From Trichormus sp. ATA11-4-KO1 (lineage in GTDB: Bacteria > Cyanobacteriota > Cyanobacteriia > Cyanobacteriales > Nostocaceae): 25,548 nt of DNA. A model generated the notes under the pieces. The model was not told where the DNA came from and did no database searches. It saw nothing but the letters and a program-made list of their open reading frames with translations. The position numbers were made by a program, and so were the translations under genes. The DNA lies in contig JAHHIM010000050.1 in NCBI GenBank assembly GCA_019358915.1, forward strand, positions 1 to 25,548. Direction: 5' to 3'. This document shows positions 7,922-19,354 of the stretch, one piece after another. The stretch's first letter is position 1. Each line of letters begins with the position of its first letter.

Positions 7922-9583
7922 TTAGTTACTCTCAAACTCTTTCACAATTGGGATGGCAACAGAAGGAATCTCCGTCACTAAGCGAAATGGAAACTTAGGT
8001 GTCGAAGCTACTTGAGCATAATCTGATGTCAGAAATACAGCATATTTTTCAGCTTCTGGAGTCAGCTGCGCAGCCATTGCCAAAACTATAGCTTTAACGA
8101 ATTTGCGAATATCTGCTGCTTGTTCACCAACAACTTCACCGCCACTAAAAGGTGTATTTGGTCTTCCTACTTGATCCAAAGTAGTACTGGGGTCTTTCAC
8201 ACTTAAATGAGTACCCCCAACTACACCAGCCAGCCATTTGGGAGATGGAATTTGATTAAATCCTACAATTTGTTCAGTCAAGGCTGGGGTGATTTTATCT
8301 GCGGAACTAGCTAATACTAAGGTAGGTACTTGTACTTTAGTTAAGCCAGTTTGACCAAACATCAGAGAAGTTGTGGGATTGAGCGCGATCGCCTGCTTGA
8401 TTCTGTCATCTCGCAGTTGGTAACTTGTTTCTGGCAATTCTTGAGCAACGCACTGGATAGTTTCTCCCAGACTCAAGCTAGCCAAATTACCCTGACACCG
8501 TTGTTTAAGAAATGTCGGTTGTAACTCGGCTCCAGCAGACACTAAAGCTGTACTACCACCAAAAGAATAGCCAATGATCATCACGTGATTGGTCGCCAGC
8601 TTTCCTTGTAGTGGGTGATTAGCTGTTTGGTTCAGCTTTTCTAGTTCATCGAGGACAAAACTCACATCTCGAGGACGCTCCAAAAACTCCTGAGGCTTTA
8701 AAAGCCTGGTTGTACCTTGTGCTGCTAAATTAGTATTTGTCTCATTACTACCAGGATGTTCTAAAGCCGCAATTACATAACCGTGAGATGCTAAATGTTC
8801 TGCGAGGTAGAGCAAATCAGTACGCACAGACCCCAAACCGTGACTTAAGACAATGACAGGTTTTTCAGCAGTTGCAGCAGTTGACCAGTAAAGATCAACA
8901 GGAATGTCCCGATCGCGTTTTTGGTCATTCCAATTAAAGTTGAGTACTTGTACTTGACCTATTCCTGGTTGGGTAGGGTCAAAAGGTAAAGAAATTTGCG
9001 GTGTTCTGGGGTCGAGTTGGGGGGCGATCGCCAACATAAACTGTTGAGTGCGCCAAAAGGCCGTATTTAAACTTCCTGCAACCTGTAAAGCCTTGGGTAA
9101 ATTAATTTCCAGGCGTTGACTGGGATAGGCAGCAATAAAATTGAGTAGAGAAAGACCCTGCGGTTCACTGGCTCCTAAGACAAATGCGGCTCTCAATGCT
9201 TGTACTCCAGCCTGATCTTTGCGGACTAAGGCCTCAGAAAGGTTGCTGAGAATCGTTGTCCCAACTTGGGTATTGAGTAACCTACTGAGAGTCACAACAT
9301 TTACAGGTACTCTCATCCTCAATGCTCCTAAAAAGAAGCGGCGTTGTTCTTCAGATAATCCCTTGGTGTAAAGTTCTAAACCCCTAGGAAATTCTCCAGT
9401 TTCCGCAGCTTTTTGCAACTCAGCCAGGGAGATAGATTCTGCAAACAGACCAAAACGCACTACAACCGTATCTGCCGCTTGTGCAGACGAATTTGCTCCA
9501 CAAAACTGGGTGAGAATGATACCGATGGCAAGCGCACAACTTTGACCAGCAACTACCTTGAGCTTTTTCCAAATACTTCTCAT
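7922..9583 (-). CDS. DUF1400-containing secreted alpha/beta hydrolase
   Basis: Signal peptide ending AQA-A; N-terminal DUF1400-like region; SHGLGS oxyanion motif; HPGS; nucleophile GYSFGG; GTH. Confidence 0.88.
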   Translation of the reverse strand: MRSIWKKLKVVAGQSCALAIGIILTQFCGANSSAQAADTVVVRFGLFAESISLAELQKAAETGEFPRGLELYTKGLSEEQRRFFLGALRMRVPVNVVTLSRLLNTQVGTTILSNLSEALVRKDQAGVQALRAAFVLGASEPQGLSLLNFIAAYPSQRLEINLPKALQVAGSLNTAFWRTQQFMLAIAPQLDPRTPQISLPFDPTQPGIGQVQVLNFNWNDQKRDRDIPVDLYWSTAATAEKPVIVLSHGLGSVRTDLLYLAEHLASHGYVIAALEHPGSNETNTNLAAQGTTRLLKPQEFLERPRDVSFVLDELEKLNQTANHPLQGKLATNHVMIIGYSFGGSTALVSAGAELQPTFLKQRCQGNLASLSLGETIQCVAQELPETSYQLRDDRIKQAIALNPTTSLMFGQTGLTKVQVPTLVLASSADKITPALTEQIVGFNQIPSPKWLAGVVGGTHLSVKDPSTTLDQVGRPNTPFSGGEVVGEQAADIRKFVKAIVLAMAAQLTPEAEKYAVFLTSDYAQVASTPKFPFRLVTEIPSVAIPIVKEFESN

Positions 9584-9731
9584 AAATAATCTTTACCAAT
9601 GAATACTTACGGGAATATAACGGAAATTTGTGTACTTGACTATCCCAGTAATTGCTGTAATATAAATCCTCTTTGAGATTTGATATTGAATTCTTGTAAA
9701 ATTTTAACTATCAGTTATTGTGGAAGTTTTG

Positions 9732-11243
9732 CTATTTGTTGGTAGGACAAGAGTTCTTTGTCCGGTTCTTCCAAATCCAACCCGGCGCTGGTTCACTAAT
9801 TTCTATCCAACCAGCTTCTTCTCTTCCTGTCACTGTCACCATAGTACCTGCTTTAATCACCTTGCCTGTTTTCTGGCGTCTGCGTCCAGACCCGGCGAAA
9901 GAGCGTAAGTTTGATGAGCTAGCAACAACCCGACAACTGTGTTTTTGTGCAGATGCATTCTTATTACTTGCTACTTGCTGAACTTTCTGTTGAGCAGGCT
10001 CCTCTAGTGAGGTTTGTGGTGATTGATTAGCAGACATGATGCTGAGGGTAACTAAAATAATCGCCGCGCCTGCCCCAATTAACAATCGTGGAGACTGACG
10101 AATAGAGTGTAAATTCAGCCGATAATTGTTGATTAATGTAGATGGATTGGCGGCAGTACTTGAGGTAACTAATGGCGTAGTTTCGTTATCTGGTGGGATA
10201 TAGCAAGGCTTGGTCAACTCCTGAAGATATTGCATCACCTTGGTTGTTGAGGTTAATGGCTGTATAGACCACGAGTAATTTGCATGATCTGGCGGGATGT
10301 AACAGGGCTTTGCCAGTTCCTGGATGTAGTGCATCGCTTTGGTTGCAGACATGTAGCCATCTGTCAAATATTGACCTACCATTTGATTCATGACGGCTGC
10401 AACAGCTGTTGGTGTATTGGCATGGGTAATCGAGGCGAGTGCTTGCAGTGCGTCTTTAGCTGACTGGTAGCGGTATTTAAAGTAATGCCGCACCATTTTA
10501 TTTAAAATAGCTGCCAATTGGTCGCTAACTTCGGTATGATGCTGCCAGACTATTTCCCCACTGACAGAATCCTCTCCCAACTGTATGGGACTCAAACCCG
10601 TCAGAGTTTGGATCGCAATCATTCCCAGAGCATAAATATCACTGCAAGGACGTGGTCTGCCTTGTCCTTGCTCACTCGGCATATAACCTGGAGTACCAAT
10701 AGCGATCGTCTCACTTTTGAGTTGTTCTGGAGTCATGATGGAGTAACTTTTGACTTGCTTAACAGCCCCAAAGTCTACCAAGACTATTTTGTTGTCTGAG
10801 CGACGGATTAAATTGTCGGGTTTAAGATCGCGATGGATTACCTGATTACTGTGAATAAATTCGAGGATGGGTAAGACTTCTTGCAGTAGTGTAATCACCT
10901 GTTCTTCACTCCACTTTGCCCCTGGTGGCATTTCTGACGACAGTGGATGTCCAACAATTAACTCCTGCACCAAGTAAAATTCTTCGTTTTCCTCAAAGTA
11001 AGCTAAGAGCCGGGGAATTTGGTCATGGTTGCCTAGCTTTTCTAATGTTTCGGCTTCCCTATTAAATAAGCGTCTAGCTGTTGGCAAAAATTCGGGATCG
11101 CTAGTAACAGGTTTAAGATGTTTGACGACGCAAGTAGGGTTCCCAGGACGGCGAGTATCTAGGGCTATATAAGTATGACCAAATCCGCCTTTACCTAATG
11201 GTTCGACTACTTGGTAACGCTGGTCTAGTAATCTGCCGAGCAT
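9732..11243 (-). CDS. Hanks-type Ser/Thr protein kinase with TM helix and C-terminal SH3b-like domain
   Basis: LGKGGFG, VVK, HRDLKPDN, DFG, GTPGY, SDIYALG; hydrophobic LLIGAGAAIILVTLSIM; NLRS...GWIEI...GWIW. Confidence 0.93.
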   Translation of the reverse strand: MLGRLLDQRYQVVEPLGKGGFGHTYIALDTRRPGNPTCVVKHLKPVTSDPEFLPTARRLFNREAETLEKLGNHDQIPRLLAYFEENEEFYLVQELIVGHPLSSEMPPGAKWSEEQVITLLQEVLPILEFIHSNQVIHRDLKPDNLIRRSDNKIVLVDFGAVKQVKSYSIMTPEQLKSETIAIGTPGYMPSEQGQGRPRPCSDIYALGMIAIQTLTGLSPIQLGEDSVSGEIVWQHHTEVSDQLAAILNKMVRHYFKYRYQSAKDALQALASITHANTPTAVAAVMNQMVGQYLTDGYMSATKAMHYIQELAKPCYIPPDHANYSWSIQPLTSTTKVMQYLQELTKPCYIPPDNETTPLVTSSTAANPSTLINNYRLNLHSIRQSPRLLIGAGAAIILVTLSIMSANQSPQTSLEEPAQQKVQQVASNKNASAQKHSCRVVASSSNLRSFAGSGRRRQKTGKVIKAGTMVTVTGREEAGWIEISEPAPGWIWKNRTKNSCPTNK

Positions 11244-11672
11244 GATACAGATAGGTGGACTGAGGTTAACTGTTAACTAGAATACACTTAACCCTGACAG
11301 GTTAATCCTCAACTATGTTTCAAGACTGAAAAATTACGTCAGTTCGACGAAATTCACCCTTGATCCTCCTGAACGGCTCTCCCTTCTAATTTTCCTCTGT
11401 GATTCATCAGTCAATCAGCCATGAAGCAAAAACCGGGTGAACTTGCAGTTTCCCGGTTGATCGATACCAATATCAAAACTTTTAGTAGTGAACTATTTCA
11501 CCTTACTTTCTCTTTCAGGAGAAATTGTGCTAAGTGCTGAAGGTGGAACTTTTGGTGTCACTGGCGATCGCTAATTTAGTAACATTAATGCCATGACCAT
11601 CTCACACAGTGCCTCTGGTCTTCAGACCAGATTAACAGACTATGGTTGTAGTCACAGCCAATGATGAATTAA

Positions 11673-11697
11673 AGGAGCATAGCAGTGCTGTGCTCCT
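11673..11697 (-). terminator. Probable fbaA terminator hairpin
   Basis: 11-bp stem with one mismatch (AGGAGCATAGC / GCTGTGCTCCT), about 20 bp after the stop. Confidence 0.6.
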
Positions 11698-11715
11698 ATT
11701 TAATTTTTGGCGAAA

Positions 11716-12795
11716 TTAAACTGTAGCAGATGCCTTAGTCACAACTTTGAGTTCGCCCTTGGCATACTTAGCGGCAAAATCTTCCAGAGAAACCTGCTTA
11801 ATCTTGCTAGCATTGCCAGCAGTGCCAAACTGTTCATAACGGTCAGCACAAACCTTCTGCATATATTTAATCGAAGGCTTGAGGAAGTGACGGGGGTCAA
11901 ATTCCTTGGGATTTGCTGCCAAAGCTTCACGCACAGCTGCGGTAATAGCCAGACGGTTATCAGTGTCGATGTTCACCTTACGCACACCGCACTTGATGCC
12001 TTTTTGGATTTCTTCTACAGGTACACCGTACGTTTCAGGAATTGCACCACCATACTGGTTAATTAGTGCAAGTAAGTCTTCTGGCACAGAAGAGGAACCG
12101 TGCATTACCAAGTGGGTGTTAGGCAGACGGCGGTGAATTTCTTCAATGCGGCTGATTGCCAAAATTTCCCCAGTCGGCTTGCGGGTAAACTTGTAAGCAC
12201 CATGGCTGGTACCGATGGCAACTGCCAAAGCATCTACTTGAGTTTGCTCCACGAAGTCCACAGCTTGGTCGGGGTCAGTTAGCAGCTGATCGCGATCAAG
12301 AGTACCTTCAAATCCATGACCATCTTCAGCTTCACCAGCACCAGTTTCTAGAGAACCCAAGCAACCAAGTTCACCTTCGACGCTAACGCCCAAGGAATGA
12401 GCTACGTTTACCACTTCACGGGTAACATTGACATTGTACTCGTAGCTAGCGGGGGTCTTAGCATCAGCTTCCAGCGAACCATCCATCATCACGCTGGTAA
12501 AGCCATTCTTAATTGCTGAGTAGCAAGTGGCAGGCGCATTACCATGATCTTGGTGCATGACAATGGGAATCTGAGGATAGGTTTCTGCTGCCGCCAAAAT
12601 CAAGTGGCGCAAAAAGTTTTCACCTGCATAAGCACGAGCGCCACGAGAAGCTTGTAAAATTACGGGGCTATCTGTCTCTGCTGCCGCCTTCAGAATTGCC
12701 TGAATCTGCTCCAAGTTGTTGACGTTAAAAGCTGGAATGCCGTAACCGTTTTCAGCCGCGTGATCCAGAAGCAGCCGCATTGGTACGAGCGCCAT
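11716..12795 (-). CDS. fbaA: Fructose-bisphosphate aldolase class II (Calvin-cycle type)
   Basis: [64 protein letters not shown]. Confidence 0.98.
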   Translation of the reverse strand: MALVPMRLLLDHAAENGYGIPAFNVNNLEQIQAILKAAAETDSPVILQASRGARAYAGENFLRHLILAAAETYPQIPIVMHQDHGNAPATCYSAIKNGFTSVMMDGSLEADAKTPASYEYNVNVTREVVNVAHSLGVSVEGELGCLGSLETGAGEAEDGHGFEGTLDRDQLLTDPDQAVDFVEQTQVDALAVAIGTSHGAYKFTRKPTGEILAISRIEEIHRRLPNTHLVMHGSSSVPEDLLALINQYGGAIPETYGVPVEEIQKGIKCGVRKVNIDTDNRLAITAAVREALAANPKEFDPRHFLKPSIKYMQKVCADRYEQFGTAGNASKIKQVSLEDFAAKYAKGELKVVTKASATV

Positions 12796-13058
12796 AGATA
12801 GTCCTCCTAATGTATTTTTCAGCTAGTCGGTGTGAGAGAAGCGTAATTGTTACGCTAATGTAATTGTTACGCTAATCTTAAGACTTTTTTCAACTTATAG
12901 GAAATTATAACTAGTGACGGGTGTTTATGTTGAAAAACTTTACGCCTTTAAGCCTGATTATAAGGGAATGGTGACTCCTCGCTGTCAAACATAAACAAAC
13001 CCCCAATTATCTCTTGGTCACTAATGACTCAGATTTCTTGTAATTTTTGAGATAAATA

Positions 13059-13130
13059 TGGGTCGCCCGGGATTCGAACCCGGAACTAATCGGTTAAAAG
13101 CCGAGTACTCTACCGTTGAGTTAGCGACCC
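13059..13130 (-). tRNA. trnK: tRNA-Lys(UUU), CCA not encoded
   Basis: Minus strand GGGTCGCTAACTCAACGGTAGAGTACTCGGCTTTTAACCGATTAGTTCCGGGTTCGAATCCCGGGCGACCCA folds as a cloverleaf with anticodon TTT. Confidence 0.97.
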
Positions 13131-13191
13131 TTCAGTTGCATTTCGCAACTTTGCTATAATAGCATAAACATCTATAGATTTGTAAAAGGCT

Positions 13192-14064
13192 TTAAAAAAA
13201 ATTTGCTGTTAATCTGACAAATGTCGTGCAGCTAGCCTTAGGAGCTAACACAGTCAGGTTTTCGCCAGTGTTGAGAGAGTTGCGGGGGGCAGTCCACGGT
13301 TCCAAACAGTAGAAGTCTTTGTCTTTGAGTGTCCAAAATACCAGTTTAGAATAAATCTGATCGTAATCTAGGGTAAGTTCTAGCTTACGGCTATGGTCTA
13401 TCACCGTAGCAGATTGACTAGTCAAATCACCAAAAGCAATATCGATTTCATCGCGGTTGAAATCAAAATTACCATTAAATGAGTAAATTTCCTTGGATTT
13501 TTGGTCTAGATACTGCTGGGAGGGAATTTTAAACTCTAGCTGAGTTTTACCATCACCAGTCAAAAAGTAAGGATGAAACCCGGCAGAAAATGGCAAAGGT
13601 GTGGATGAGAGATTTTTATACTGTTGCTGAATTTCTAGAGTGTTGCCTTGCAGTTTGTAGGTGAAAATTAATTGAAAATCAAAAGGATAAACTGCCTTGG
13701 TTTGTTCGTTGCTATTGAGTACAAGAGTCAGGCTAGCTTGATCTTGCGTTTGTTGCTCAGTTACTTCCCAGGGTAAATCACGGGCAAAGCCATGTTGTTT
13801 AAGAGTGTACTGCTGCCCATTATAGGTGTAAGAATTATCCGGTAAATTGCCACAAATAGGAAATAAAATCGGATTGCCACCTCTGACGCTTAAATCAGGA
13901 TGAGTAAAGCGTTCAGTATCCAGATAAAAAATTTCTTGCCCCTGGATACGCCAACGGGTGATGATGCCGCCTCTTTCTGGTACTACTTCGATTTGAGAGC
14001 CAGCACTTTCATCTGCAAGGATGTAAGTTTTGTATTGTTGCTGTTCAATGGCAATAGTAAACAC
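13192..14064 (-). CDS. Aldose 1-epimerase / galactose mutarotase-like protein
   Basis: RGGNPILFPICG, HGFAR, GFHPYF, FYCLEPW motifs. Confidence 0.92.
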   Translation of the reverse strand: MFTIAIEQQQYKTYILADESAGSQIEVVPERGGIITRWRIQGQEIFYLDTERFTHPDLSVRGGNPILFPICGNLPDNSYTYNGQQYTLKQHGFARDLPWEVTEQQTQDQASLTLVLNSNEQTKAVYPFDFQLIFTYKLQGNTLEIQQQYKNLSSTPLPFSAGFHPYFLTGDGKTQLEFKIPSQQYLDQKSKEIYSFNGNFDFNRDEIDIAFGDLTSQSATVIDHSRKLELTLDYDQIYSKLVFWTLKDKDFYCLEPWTAPRNSLNTGENLTVLAPKASCTTFVRLTANFF

Positions 14065-14133
14065 AAGTTTTAGTCCTTAATTTAGGGGGAAGTGTAAAGT
14101 GCTGAATCCTGAATACTCAACACTCAGCACTCT

Positions 14134-15168
14134 TTACTCGTCTTCTGCGAACACGAAACGATACAACTCACTAGGGTCTGGTTCGGGACTACTTTCGGCG
14201 AACTTAACGGCATCGTCGATTACTTCCTGAATTTTACGATCAATGGCTTTGAGTTCTGCCTCATCTGCTAAGTTTTGCTCAACTAAATAAGCGGCAAATT
14301 TCTTAATTGGGTCGCGGGAAAACCAAAATTCTTTCTCGGCTTTGCTGCGCATTTCATCTGGGTCTGCCAAGGAGTGACCCCGAAAACGGTAAGTCAAGGC
14401 TTCAATTAATGTGGGACCTTCACCTGCACGGGCGCGGGCTACAGCTGCTTGAGCGACGGCTCGCACCGCTAACACGTCCATACCGTCTACTTCCACGCCT
14501 ACCATGTTAAACACGCTGGCTTTTTTGTAAATCTCTGGCTGGGAAGTTGCCCGTTCGTGGGACATACCAATTGCCCATTTATTATTTTCTACTACGAAAA
14601 TAATTGGCAATTTCCATAGAGATGCCATATTCAATGTCTCGAAAAACTGACCGTTGTTAGCAGCACCATCACCAAAAAAGCAAGCTGTTACTTGGTCAGC
14701 ATTTTTGTCTCCCATGACTTCGCGGCGGTATTTGCTTGTGAAAGCTGCTCCGGCTGCCACAGGAATACCTTCAGCCACAAAAGCATAACCACCTAGTAAG
14801 CCATGCTCCGCAGAAAACATGTGCATGGAACCACCGCGCCCTTTGCTGCAACCTGTGGCTTTGCCAAATAATTCTGCCATGACTTCTCTAGCTGGGACAC
14901 CAGCACTGAGAGCATGAACGTGGTCGCGGTAGGTGCTGGAAACAAAATCTTCACCTGGTCGCATCGCTTGGATAACACCAGTAGAAACGGCTTCTTGCCC
15001 GTTGTATAGGTGGACAAAGCCAAACATTTTGCCCCTGTAGTACATTTCAGCGCACTTGTCTTCAAATAAGCGCCCTAATACCATGTCTTCATACAACCGC
15101 AACCCTTCTGCTTTGGTGATCTGAGTAGTGGCAGCATTAAATGTAGGTAACGTGCGTTCTTGAACCAT
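14134..15168 (-). CDS. pdhA: Pyruvate dehydrogenase E1 alpha subunit
   Basis: [21 protein letters not shown] motif GDGA...[13 protein letters not shown]. Confidence 0.98.
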   Translation of the reverse strand: MVQERTLPTFNAATTQITKAEGLRLYEDMVLGRLFEDKCAEMYYRGKMFGFVHLYNGQEAVSTGVIQAMRPGEDFVSSTYRDHVHALSAGVPAREVMAELFGKATGCSKGRGGSMHMFSAEHGLLGGYAFVAEGIPVAAGAAFTSKYRREVMGDKNADQVTACFFGDGAANNGQFFETLNMASLWKLPIIFVVENNKWAIGMSHERATSQPEIYKKASVFNMVGVEVDGMDVLAVRAVAQAAVARARAGEGPTLIEALTYRFRGHSLADPDEMRSKAEKEFWFSRDPIKKFAAYLVEQNLADEAELKAIDRKIQEVIDDAVKFAESSPEPDPSELYRFVFAEDE

Positions 15169-15931
15169 TATTTTTTAGTATCCCTATGTAAAACTGAAAT
15201 TTACCATCTCAAATAAGTTGCTCTCAGACAAAATCTGCTTTTCACAAGCTAGAGTGTAGAGTCAACCACCAAAATTTATGCACCAAAAAGAGTTAAAAGC
15301 AATAGAGGGGAAACAATGGGTGAATTTTTCATTTTTCCAACCACGCTCGGCGAGGCTCTCACCCCGATGGCAACAGATATCCCCTGAGTATTCCCACTTC
15401 TGACTCCTATTCATAGGCTATCAATCAGGATAGCTTGGTTTCTGCATATCCATTAACAATTTATAAAAAATGGACAGGGGAATTTTGGGATCTAGCTAGA
15501 TAGTTGTCATTAAGGTTGATTCAGCATATAATTTTATACTTTCAATCAACATCTACCCTTGCCAGCAAAGCTTCTTTAACTACATACTTAGAGAAATCAG
15601 TGAACAAAAAGTAATTATAAGTGCTTATAAATACAACATGATTACTACTAAATAACGGTAATTATGTTTTATGGTGTTGAAGGCTGATGACAGTTCTTAG
15701 AGGCAACAATACTAAGAATTAAAACAAAGTATCAGCGTTTCCTAGGCAAATGCAAAATATTAGCACTAGAATATGACTCAAATTTTAGGAAGGCACAAAA
15801 TCAATTGTTGCAATATACACTTATAGTGTAAGTTCGACACGGTATTATTCACCGTACTATTATGGCACGGTTTTACATGCCTGGAATGCTCTAGGTGAAT
15901 TATGTTGATCACGGTGCAGGGGAAGTAGACT

Positions 15932-18226
15932 GTGCGAATTCCGCTAGATTACTACCGAATTTTGGGACTACCGTTAGCGGCAAGTGATGAACAGTTGCGG
16001 CAGTCATACAGCGATCGCATTGTGCAATTGCCGCGACGAGAGTATTCTCAAGCAGCAATTTCTTCTCGCAAACAACTTATAGAAGAAGCTTACGTGGTTT
16101 TATCAAATCCTCAGGAACGTAGCAGTTACAATCAGCTTTATCTTGCCCATGCCTATGGCCCTGACGGCAATGCTAATGCTACTGTTGCCGTGGGAAACCA
16201 CACAGACGGCAACAAAGATGATCCTGACACCCAGAGTCTGAGCATTGACATTTCCCAAGCGGAATTAGTTGGTGCTTTATTAATTCTGCAAGAACTGGGA
16301 GAATATGAACTTGTATTGAAATTAGGTCATAATTACCTAACTAATGCCAGTGGTGTAGCAGTCGCCAGAATGGGCAATAATCTAGCAAGTGAAGAATTTC
16401 TCGAAAATTCTGAATATCCAGATATTGTGCTGACGGTGGCGTTGGCTTGTTTAGAACTTGGTCGGGAGCAATGGCAACAAGGTCACTATGAAAATGCGGC
16501 TATTTCTCTAGAAACTGGCCAAGAACTACTATCCCGTGAAGGGTTATTTGCCAGCGTGCAGGCGGAAATGCAAGCTGATCTTTATAAATTGCGCCCGTAT
16601 CGGATTTTGGAATTGCTGGCACTACCAGAAGAAAAGACTGCGGAACGACGCCAAGGTCTAACATTTTTACAAAACATCTTGAGCGATCGCGGTGGCATTG
16701 ATGGCACTGGCAATGATCAATCAGGATTAAATATAGATGATTTTTTACGGTTTATCCAGCAAATACGTAATTATTTAACAGTTGCAGAACAGCACAAGCT
16801 ATTTGAAGCAGAAAGCAAACGTCCTTCGGCTGTGGCTACTTATTTGGCGGTTTATGCCCTACTAGCAAGGGGGTTCACTCAACGTCAACCCGCTTTGATT
16901 CGTCAGGCAAAGCAAATGCTGATGCGTCTGGGTAAGCGCCAAGATGTGCATTTAGAACAGTCACTATGTGCGCTATTACTAGGGCAAACCGAAGAAGCCA
17001 CCCGTGTTTTAGAACTAAGTCAAGAATACGAAGCCTTAGCTTTTATTCGAGAAAGATCCTTAGACTCTCCAGACTTGCTACCGGGACTATGTTTATATGC
17101 CGAACAGTGGTTACAGCATGAAGTTTTTCCCCATTTTCGAGATTTAGCTAATCAGCCAGCCTCGCTGAAAGATTACTTTGCGAATCAACAAGTGCAAGCT
17201 TATTTAGAAGCCCTACCTACGGATGCAGAAACCACTAATGAATGGGCTGTGATCAATCGTCAGGCTTTTTCCCAACATCCCCTTCACAGCAATCATTCCC
17301 CGGCTGATTCTCAACAATTACCTCACGGGAGAATACCTGAACCAGATTTACCAGAAACACCAAACCACAGAAGACCCTCAGATGCCAACTTCTCGCCAAC
17401 TAACTGGAATACACCACTAGGTCAAGTTACCAATCAAGCAAAACCAAAGAAAAATGTGGATTCTCCTGCTGAACGTACAGCTACAGCCCCTAATCACAAC
17501 CTGAATGGCACAGGTAAGACTACTCCATCTCGTCAAGTCAAAAAGCGTAGGAGGCGAAAGCCGAGTCAAGTTGTCAGCCGTGAGGGCGGCGCAAATAATT
17601 CTCAGAGGCGAGCTTTTACTAACACATTAGAAGGAAAAACACGACTTGTTTGGACAGTGTTTGCTTCTTTAGCAGGTGTATTAGTGTTTTGGTTATTAGT
17701 TTCCACAACGTTTGGATGGTTAAAAAATCTGTTTTTCCCCGCACCATCTTTGCAAGGTGAACAGTTATTTGTGCAAATCAATGAACCACCGATAACTATT
17801 CCTGATAAAAGCAGTAAATTGGAACCACCAGCAGGTTCTTTAACAGATGCAACTGCACAAGAAGTGATTCAAGTTTGGCTATCTACTAAAGCCGCAGCTT
17901 TGGGGCCAAATTATGACATTAGCAGTTTACAAGATATTTTAATCGGTTCATCTTTATCTCAATGGCGACTACTTGCCCAACAGGAAAGGGCACAGAACCG
18001 CTATCGGTCATACAACCACACAGTGAAGGTGGAATATGTCAATCAGAATGCGGAGCAAGCAGTGGCAGTAGCTACAGTCAGGGAATTAACACAGTTCTAT
18101 GAAAATGCACAGTTAAAAAATGTTTCTGATGAAACTTTGCGTGTCCGATATTCTTTAATTCGACAAGCAGGTATGTGGCGCATCCAGAATATGTCAGTGA
18201 TTAATCAGATCAGCATGAATTTTTAG
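15932..18226 (+). CDS. ftn2: Cell division protein Ftn2/ZipN (ARC6 homolog: J-like domain, TM, C-terminal IMS/DUF4101)
   Basis: RIPLDYYRILG start, DLYKLRPYRILELL, DLLPGLCLYAEQWL, a single TM helix, C-terminal VRYSLIR..W.I. Confidence 0.92.
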   Translation: MRIPLDYYRILGLPLAASDEQLRQSYSDRIVQLPRREYSQAAISSRKQLIEEAYVVLSNPQERSSYNQLYLAHAYGPDGNANATVAVGNHTDGNKDDPDTQSLSIDISQAELVGALLILQELGEYELVLKLGHNYLTNASGVAVARMGNNLASEEFLENSEYPDIVLTVALACLELGREQWQQGHYENAAISLETGQELLSREGLFASVQAEMQADLYKLRPYRILELLALPEEKTAERRQGLTFLQNILSDRGGIDGTGNDQSGLNIDDFLRFIQQIRNYLTVAEQHKLFEAESKRPSAVATYLAVYALLARGFTQRQPALIRQAKQMLMRLGKRQDVHLEQSLCALLLGQTEEATRVLELSQEYEALAFIRERSLDSPDLLPGLCLYAEQWLQHEVFPHFRDLANQPASLKDYFANQQVQAYLEALPTDAETTNEWAVINRQAFSQHPLHSNHSPADSQQLPHGRIPEPDLPETPNHRRPSDANFSPTNWNTPLGQVTNQAKPKKNVDSPAERTATAPNHNLNGTGKTTPSRQVKKRRRRKPSQVVSREGGANNSQRRAFTNTLEGKTRLVWTVFASLAGVLVFWLLVSTTFGWLKNLFFPAPSLQGEQLFVQINEPPITIPDKSSKLEPPAGSLTDATAQEVIQVWLSTKAAALGPNYDISSLQDILIGSSLSQWRLLAQQERAQNRYRSYNHTVKVEYVNQNAEQAVAVATVRELTQFYENAQLKNVSDETLRVRYSLIRQAGMWRIQNMSVINQISMNF

Positions 18227-18354
18227 GTTGGAAAAAACTAAAATTAATGCGGTTGTGTTTAATTCTCCGTCAGTTGTTATTTGATGGTGAGCAAGTTGTT
18301 TACTTGTGACAACTAACACGAAATCATGACTGAGTTTAATTCTTATTGCTGTTG

Positions 18355-19344
18355 ATGACAGAAACTTTAGTTCATGCTTATACACCCTTGATTCTGTGGA
18401 TGAGTCTGGGGCTATTAATATTGAAAATATTACCTACGTGGTTACCACATTTCCTAGGTCGTGGTCTTTACTGGGTAGGAGTGCCGTTAGAACTGTTGGC
18501 ACTGGCGCGAAAATCTCAGCAGACAGAATTGAGTGGTGTAGAAAGTTGGCCCCTACTAGCATCAGTAGTTACTGTAGGGGCGCTGCTGGTGGGTTTGTTG
18601 GTGGCATTACTAATTGTGTGGGGATGGCAAAAAATCGTATGCCACTGGTTGCAGCCAGATTTAGATGAAGCACTTGCTAGTTATTGGCTTGACCCCTCCA
18701 CTCAAGGCAGTTTTGTGCTAGCTGCTGTGTTGGGAAATACAGGTTTTGTGGGGTTAGCGATCGCTCCCTCTTTTATCCAAGCTGACTTTCTTAACTGGGT
18801 TGTACTGTACAGCATCACCCACAACGTTGTTGGCCCCTATAGTCTGGGAGTATTAATTGCTAGTTACTTCAGTCATGCAAAATCTCCAAATCGCTGGTGG
18901 ATGCAATTGCGGGATCTGCTGACTGTACCTCCTTTATGGGCTTTTATCATTGGGATTCTTACTCAACAAGTACAACTGCCAGAAATCATGGAATCAGGGC
19001 TTCAAGGGTCGGTGAACATCGTTATCGCCTGTGCTTTTCTGTTAACTGGTATCCGCTTAGGCCAACTTCAGGGGTGGCAAAACTTTCAATTTGCGGTGAT
19101 CCCCTCTGTGATCAAGGTTGTAATTATGCCACTACTCGTCGGTTTACTCACAACTTGGTTACTCGGCTTATCAGGCGATCGCCGCTTGGCAATGGTCTTG
19201 ATGTCGGGAATGCCCTCGGCTTTTGCTGGTCTAATTTTGGCAGAAGAATACAATCTCAACCGCGATTTGATTGCTAGCAGTATTATCCTCTCTACACTCT
19301 TGCTACTCCTGCTTCTTCCTTTGTGGATTAAGGTTTTCAGCTAA
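18355..19344 (+). CDS. AEC (auxin efflux carrier) family membrane transporter
   Basis: Multiple TM helices; GNTGFVGL and MPSAF motifs. Start taken at ATG 18355; the ORF is open from 18346. Confidence 0.88.
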   Translation: MTETLVHAYTPLILWMSLGLLILKILPTWLPHFLGRGLYWVGVPLELLALARKSQQTELSGVESWPLLASVVTVGALLVGLLVALLIVWGWQKIVCHWLQPDLDEALASYWLDPSTQGSFVLAAVLGNTGFVGLAIAPSFIQADFLNWVVLYSITHNVVGPYSLGVLIASYFSHAKSPNRWWMQLRDLLTVPPLWAFIIGILTQQVQLPEIMESGLQGSVNIVIACAFLLTGIRLGQLQGWQNFQFAVIPSVIKVVIMPLLVGLLTTWLLGLSGDRRLAMVLMSGMPSAFAGLILAEEYNLNRDLIASSIILSTLLLLLLLPLWIKVFS

Positions 19345-19354
19345 CTTTAACCTA

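Noticed and set aside
13059..13130. tRNA-Lys as an island integration site
   Set aside because: No integrase and no duplicated tRNA 3' end seen; the flanks are housekeeping genes.
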